A DNA stretch of 64,000 nucleotides from assembly GCA_963664395.2 (NCBI GenBank), contig OY761159.2:1920001-1984000 (forward strand), given 5' to 3'. Position 1 is the stretch's first letter. Every line of letters begins with the position of its first letter. Below the pieces are notes generated by a model. It was not told the DNA's origin and ran no database searches. It saw nothing but the letters and a program-made list of their open reading frames with translations. This document shows, piece by piece, positions 58,989-64,000 of the stretch. Position numbers and translations under genes: made by a program. Source of the DNA: Candidatus Binatia bacterium (GTDB lineage Bacteria > Desulfobacterota > Binatia > Bin18).

Positions 58989-60668
58989 CTACTCGACGAC
59001 TAGAAGTCCCTCAATAAAACGGAGATCAGCGGTCTGGATATCTATGACCAAGACCTCTTCCATTTTGTCGCGGGCGCAGGCAGCAAGGGTGCCAAGGGCG
59101 CGCAGCTCGTGTGGCGTGACTCCATAGTGCTCAGCGGCTTCTGTCTGGAACGTCTGCCACCGTTCCTCTAGTGTTGCCTGTGGAAGCTGAGCGTGAAGCG
59201 CCTGAAGCTCAGCCCGGTTCAAGGGGTGAATACTGAGCTGATTTTCGAGCACCCAACGCGCAAAGGCCGTATTCCAGAGTACGGTCAGGCTGACTCCTTC
59301 AGGCGCCTTTTCCTCGGGCAGTATTTCCCAGCGCCGGAAGACTCGGAACCAGGTCGGAATCCGGTCGAGCAACGATTCGACCTGCTGAATCTCAGACAGT
59401 TGCCCAAAGCGCCGGGACACGATTTCGCCCGGCGTCTCCAGACCAACAAAAAAAAGCGGCTCTCCGCGCTTGACCCCAGCATACATTTCCCGAAACGGCG
59501 TATCGAGATAGCTCTCCCATTCGGACAGATCGTTCTCATACAACTGCGCAGCCATGAGGCTGGCCTGATGCTGGAGCCGCTGTATCAAGCCCAGGCCGGT
59601 TTGAAAAAACGGACGGATTTGCGTCTCTTGCAGGAGCTCTCGCGCCGCGCTCTCATCTTCCTTGGCCGTATAGGCCAGGCCAATGTTGACATAGTCATGC
59701 GCCATTTCCACGCAGCGACGAATTTCGCTTACTTCTCCCGTATCGCTCGCTTCAGCCATCACAATAATATTGGTCAGATAGGCGAGTTCCCGGCCGATCT
59801 GCTCAAGTGTCTTGGGTGGCAAGCCCGCCAACGCCTGGGAAAAAAAAGACGTAGACTCAGCCAAAAGCGACAAGGCATGGTCAGGCGGAGTAATGGCGTC
59901 GTCTCCTGCTGCAAGGCGAACAGAATGGGGGATACGGTGATGCTCCTGCAACTGAATGGACTCAGGGGGAGTGAAACGAAAGAGCGCTTGGGCCTCGTCA
60001 TTCGTGGGATAGCCCCGATCTTCGAGTCGAGCCGTCCGCCAGCGGAATGCCGCCTCTTCAAGGCCACTTTCGAGTTCAAACAAGCTGTTTTCGAGCACAT
60101 ACAGATACATGCGGTAATCGAGCGTCCGTACCCGCTCAAGCAGCACATGTAAAATCGGTTCCGGCTCGCCCAGGAATCGCAGGAGGTATTGATCGTCGAA
60201 CGTAAAATATTGCGACTGGTCAAAATCGGGATCTTCCTCAACATCAGCCTTGCGGACAACCTCAAAGTGGCGTTGTATCAGGAAGACCAAGAGTTCGATG
60301 TCGGTATGCAAACACCATTCAGCGAGCTTACTACTCCCACTTTCATTGAGCAGCAGCAGCCAGTTCATCAAACGCTCGTCATCCAGCCTGTCCTTGCGCC
60401 AACAATCCAGGTCTACTATGTCACGCACTTGTTCAGGCGACGCAATCGCCAGTAGCCCGACCGCATCATGCAACCCAATCTCTTTGAACGTGTACAATAA
60501 CGTCTCAGAGGAGAGCGCCTGGGCTATAGCCAAACCATTCTTTGCAGAAAGGAGAAACTCTTGCCGCCCTTTGGCGTCAAGCCGCACCAGTTGAGCAGCC
60601 TGCTCGGAGACTGATAGTTCAGGCAGATCAATGGGGTCAGGACGCAGTACGTTCTCGGAATCTGGCAT
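58989..60668 (-). CDS. Conserved acidic hypothetical protein (DUF6178-like)
   Basis: 560-codon ORF with EIGLHDA..LL..ASPEQ...VDLDCWRKD and RLEDRGYP; alternative GTG start at 60677. Family recalled from memory. Confidence 0.7.
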   Translation of the reverse strand: MPDSENVLRPDPIDLPELSVSEQAAQLVRLDAKGRQEFLLSAKNGLAIAQALSSETLLYTFKEIGLHDAVGLLAIASPEQVRDIVDLDCWRKDRLDDERLMNWLLLLNESGSSKLAEWCLHTDIELLVFLIQRHFEVVRKADVEEDPDFDQSQYFTFDDQYLLRFLGEPEPILHVLLERVRTLDYRMYLYVLENSLFELESGLEEAAFRWRTARLEDRGYPTNDEAQALFRFTPPESIQLQEHHRIPHSVRLAAGDDAITPPDHALSLLAESTSFFSQALAGLPPKTLEQIGRELAYLTNIIVMAEASDTGEVSEIRRCVEMAHDYVNIGLAYTAKEDESAARELLQETQIRPFFQTGLGLIQRLQHQASLMAAQLYENDLSEWESYLDTPFREMYAGVKRGEPLFFVGLETPGEIVSRRFGQLSEIQQVESLLDRIPTWFRVFRRWEILPEEKAPEGVSLTVLWNTAFARWVLENQLSIHPLNRAELQALHAQLPQATLEERWQTFQTEAAEHYGVTPHELRALGTLAACARDKMEEVLVIDIQTADLRFIEGLLVVE

Positions 60669-60673
60669 GCCTG

Positions 60674-61546
60674 TCACTCTGTTTGCGTATAGTGCTCGAT
60701 AAAAGCCAGGGCTTGGTCCCAGCCGAGCAATCCGTTGAAAACATCATTAAACGGCAGCATCTCGTGCCACGCCCCTTGCGTTGTGCCCGTCTCGCGGAGC
60801 GTCTGTAACGTCTTTTTCATGTGATACGTAGCGGCAAGGACGCTTGTCACGGGATAGATGGCAAGGCAAAAGCCGAGATCCTCAAGATCACGAGCGGGCA
60901 AGAATGGCGTCTTGCCCCCTTCAACCATGTTCACAATGAGGGGCGTAGCCGAAAATTCACGACAGACCCGCTCCATCTGTCTGACTGACTCAAACGCCTC
61001 AAAGAACAGCATATCTGCGCCGGACTCCAGATAGATAGACGCCCGTGCCATAGCATCGTCAAGTCCACTCACGGCAATCGCGTCGATCCGTGCAATGATG
61101 ACGGTGTCAGGATTCGTCCGGTTGTCCACTGCCGCCTTAATTTTGGCAGCATGCTCAGAGGCTGAGATCAAACGTTTTCCAGCCAGATGGCCGCAGCGGC
61201 GCGGCATATCCTGATCCTCAATGTGTAGACCGGCCACATCAATCCGCTCATATTCCTGGACCATGCGGACCACATTCAAGACGGAACCAAATCCCGCTTC
61301 AGCATCAGCAATAACCGGGACGCTCACCGCACGGCAGACGCCTTCGAGCTGGATAACCATCTCGGTGAGCGTCCGCATCCCAAAGTCTGGATAGCCGAGC
61401 GCGCCGGCAGAGACACCGCCGGAGTAATACACCAGCGGAAATCCGGCTTCTTCGACAAGCCGGGCAGAAATAACGTCATAGGCACCTGCGGCCATGAGAA
61501 ATTGGTCCTGGGAGAGCAGTGTTCGGAGAGATTGAGCCTGGGCCAT
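60674..61546 (-). CDS. Isocitrate lyase/PEP mutase family enzyme (PrpB/oxaloacetate decarboxylase-like)
   Basis: GAYD, PVIADAEAGFG, HIEDQ..RRCGH, NMVEGGKTP. Confidence 0.9.
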   Translation of the reverse strand: MAQAQSLRTLLSQDQFLMAAGAYDVISARLVEEAGFPLVYYSGGVSAGALGYPDFGMRTLTEMVIQLEGVCRAVSVPVIADAEAGFGSVLNVVRMVQEYERIDVAGLHIEDQDMPRRCGHLAGKRLISASEHAAKIKAAVDNRTNPDTVIIARIDAIAVSGLDDAMARASIYLESGADMLFFEAFESVRQMERVCREFSATPLIVNMVEGGKTPFLPARDLEDLGFCLAIYPVTSVLAATYHMKKTLQTLRETGTTQGAWHEMLPFNDVFNGLLGWDQALAFIEHYTQTE

Positions 61547-61719
61547 GGAAATAGAAACTCCTTACAAATAGCGCTATGGAGGGACATGAGTATCCGAAGG
61601 GCTATTTCTGACATGCTCGGTTCACTTGTCAAGGGAGGAAGGCAAACGGCCGGCCTCTTGCTTTTCAATGCCGAGTCAGCAACAAGGGCAAGAAGAGGGA
61701 ATCACAAGGAGGGAATCGT

Positions 61720-62337
61720 ATGAGTAATCTTGCCTATCAAGACAACACCCCATACACGCTCGAACAGCTTGCAGGAGATATGGAAGCACTGATCACGCGT
61801 GAAAAGGAACACGCCCCGATTGTTGCGGCGGCGGAACCCCTGCTGGAACGTTTTCTGGCTGCCGACAGCCTCCCGGAAGAATACTGTCAGCCCGCCCCTG
61901 GTCGCATTACCACTGAGCACAAAGAGTTCACCCTGTATCGCCTCCATCGTGGGCCTGAAGACTGCTTTAATATTATGGCCGCAATCTGGCCTCCGGGCGG
62001 CTCAAGCGGTGTGCACGACCATGCCGGGAAATGGGTCGTCGAAGGCGTGTATCGCAACCAGCTCCATACCATTCGGTATAAACGCCTCGACGATGGGACG
62101 CAGCCCGGACATGCGGAACTCCGCGAAACAACCGCGCTGGACCTCCGGCCAGGCGATGTCTCACACGTCCTGTCTCCGAATGAAGAAGTTCATGATTTTC
62201 TCAACCAGACTGACGAGCCGGTTGTGAGTGTCCATATCTATGGCGGGGATATCAGCACCGAAACGCTGAACTATTTTGACCCGGCCGGCAAGTCAGTCGA
62301 GCGTGTTGCCCACGACCTGAATTACGACAACGAATAG
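61720..62337 (+). CDS. Cysteine dioxygenase-family (thiol dioxygenase-like) cupin
   Basis: WPPG..SGVHDH, EVH third His, SVHIYG; RBS AGGAGG. Confidence 0.85.
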   Translation: MSNLAYQDNTPYTLEQLAGDMEALITREKEHAPIVAAAEPLLERFLAADSLPEEYCQPAPGRITTEHKEFTLYRLHRGPEDCFNIMAAIWPPGGSSGVHDHAGKWVVEGVYRNQLHTIRYKRLDDGTQPGHAELRETTALDLRPGDVSHVLSPNEEVHDFLNQTDEPVVSVHIYGGDISTETLNYFDPAGKSVERVAHDLNYDNE

Positions 62338-62356
62338 GGTCCTGCATCAGACCTTC

Positions 62357-62378
62357 GGGGCAACGTGTACGTTGCCCC
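62357..62378. repeat. REP-like hairpin between convergent genes (possible terminator)
   Basis: ggggcaacgt-gt-acgttgcccc. Confidence 0.55.
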
Positions 62379-62399
62379 TATTCCGCGTCTTTCCACCTT

Positions 62400-63140
62400 T
62401 CACATTGATGAGAGCTTGACGGCAGCTTCTTCCGGGTTGGGAAGGGAAAGCGTTTTTTCCGGCAGCAGAATAAAGTCGTCATAGGCCGCCTCTGATACAC
62501 TGGTCATTGTGTCAGAGTCCGAGAGCACCGCGATGCCCCGGACCTTTCCCGGTTCAAAGCCAAAGAGGTCTTTATAGTCCTGGTAGAAATTAATGGTTTC
62601 TTGGCGCCATTCACCAGGCTCAGCCGGCCCATGCTGTAAGACTACAACCTTGGCGCGCCAATAAACCGGACTGTCGAAACGCGAGCCAATCGCGAGCGTC
62701 GAGCTCCAGACGTATTTAATCGCCCGCGGCACGAGGCGGCTACCAAAAATGACGTAGACGGCCGCGGCTGAATCATTCGTCTTTCTTGCCCGTTCGTTGG
62801 CGCCAAGAGGCAGTTTGGTTGCGCGCCAGCGCCAGCGCAAAATGGGATAGTCTTGTGGCTTAAATGTATATTCCAGACCGATCTGGACATCCTGGTTGTT
62901 GGCATAGGCATGCAGAAACCGATTGCCGTCTTCCTCGGCAATGTGGTAGACGGCCTGCGCAGTCGCTGCGTTGCCACGCACCTTCCAGCCCGACGGGAAG
63001 ACACCGGTCGGGTATTGCTGAAAGGTCTCCTGAAAGGGTGTCGAGCCCCGGGGTGTCTGCGCCCGCCCATCATCAGGGTCGGCCGCTCTGGGGGCCAACA
63101 CGCATGCGAGCAGGAATGCCGTGAACCACGCAACACGCAC
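62400..63140 (-). CDS. DUF3047 domain exported protein
   Basis: PILRWRW..LP.GANE...DSAAAVYVIF..AIKYVW, DYKDLFG, IAVLSDSD; GTG start after GGAGG with a signal peptide. Confidence 0.85.
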   Translation of the reverse strand: MRVAWFTAFLLACVLAPRAADPDDGRAQTPRGSTPFQETFQQYPTGVFPSGWKVRGNAATAQAVYHIAEEDGNRFLHAYANNQDVQIGLEYTFKPQDYPILRWRWRATKLPLGANERARKTNDSAAAVYVIFGSRLVPRAIKYVWSSTLAIGSRFDSPVYWRAKVVVLQHGPAEPGEWRQETINFYQDYKDLFGFEPGKVRGIAVLSDSDTMTSVSEAAYDDFILLPEKTLSLPNPEEAAVKLSSM

Positions 63141-63374
63141 TCTCACCTCCCCCAACCCTCTCTTGCTGACCGAGCCGGGTCCGAACCGTCTCAAATAAAC
63201 CATTGCGGATAGGAGCATCGATAGAGGAAGGACCTTCGGAGTGCAAGCCCGAAAAGGATGGCCGCTCTTTCGTGGCATTGGCACGTCTCCCCGGACTATG
63301 CTACCCAGGCGGTACGCTATGCTGTTTAAGAATAAGCAAAGACCTGTTTGGGCTTTTTCGGGAGGCTGTCGCAC

Positions 63375-64000
63375 ATGGAAATTCTTGCAGAGGGGCAGGG
63401 CGCATACTTTCCACCTGACCCGGATGGATTCCGCGCCTGGGTGAGGGACAACAAGCCTCGGACGCTCGTGCCTAAAATGCTGAACGAGCACGAGGCCATT
63501 GAGCAGTTTGTCTCTGATGGGGATTATCTGGCGTATGACTGCAACTACTTCCAGCGCGGCCCGAGTTCGCTAATCCGCGAGATTATTCGCCAACAGAAAA
63601 AGGATCTGTGGATCTGTGGGAAATTCACTTATGTCGCGCTCGCGCTGCTTGTCGAAGGCGGCTGTGCCACCAGGGCGGATATTGGTTTTGTCGGTTTTGG
63701 CCCGTGGTTGTCCAAAGCCGTCGCCACCGGTCGCCTCCAAACCTATGAGTACTCAAATGTAGTGATGACCTATCGGCTGCAGGCAGGCGCGCAGGGTTTG
63801 CCGTTTATTGGCGTGCGCTCGTTTGGTGGGACCGAGGGCTTTCCCCAATCCGGGGCCAAGTTGGTCACAGACCCGTTTTCGGGCAAGCCGGTTGTTCTGC
63901 TACCGGCGCTGAACCCGGATGTTTCGATCATCCATGTGCATCAGGCCGACGTGTACGGTAATGCCCGCGTCTTTGGCACTGGGATCTCTCATGTTGATTG
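63375..64000 (+). CDS. Family I CoA-transferase subunit A (glutaconate CoA-transferase-like), runs off the window
   Basis: Not in the ORF track. MEILAEGQG...EAIEQFVSDGDY...REIIRQ...YRLQAGAQGLPF...PALNPDVSIIHVHQADVYGNA; GGAGG RBS. Confidence 0.88.
   Translation, partial: MEILAEGQGAYFPPDPDGFRAWVRDNKPRTLVPKMLNEHEAIEQFVSDGDYLAYDCNYFQRGPSSLIREIIRQQKKDLWICGKFTYVALALLVEGGCATRADIGFVGFGPWLSKAVATGRLQTYEYSNVVMTYRLQAGAQGLPFIGVRSFGGTEGFPQSGAKLVTDPFSGKPVVLLPALNPDVSIIHVHQADVYGNARVFGTGISHVD

Noticed and set aside
61560-61719. c-di-GMP-I riboswitch suggested by GGCAAAC
   Set aside because: The remaining conserved elements and stems are absent.

Overview
Bacterial, GC-rich 64-kb window with no rRNA, tRNA or CRISPR array that I can support. 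The backbone is catabolic and redox genes: four family-III and one family-I CoA-transferase genes, four luciferase-like (LLM) oxidoreductases, SDRs, MaoC dehydratases, NTF2/SnoaL proteins, two molybdenum-hydroxylase loci and a complete group-2 Mrp Na+/H+ antiporter operon. This repertoire resembles marine or sponge-associated deltaproteobacterial-type lineages (inference only). Accessory defence islets are interspersed, mostly bounded by REP-like palindromes: (i) hsdS remnant > FRG-TPR gene > XRE-ImmA/IrrE + PIN pair (24.1-27.4 kb); (ii) a DNA methyltransferase-HNH fusion divergent from a frameshifted hsdS remnant > 1523-aa nuclease-STAND NTPase-repeat (Avs/NLR-like) gene, then higBA (32.0-39.1 kb); (iii) DUF4160/DUF2442 and brnT(amber)-HTH toxin-antitoxin pairs. 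Best candidates for undescribed systems are the two defence genes each left directly behind a dead type I R-M specificity gene, the MTase-HNH fusion, a Mo-hydroxylase operon with two large-subunit paralogues flanking a MoaD-like sulfur carrier, and a lipoate-ligase-like protein lacking the catalytic Lys paired with a HEAT-repeat protein. Many unannotated gene scars point to deletion-driven decay. All calls come from motif recognition by eye; no searches were run.
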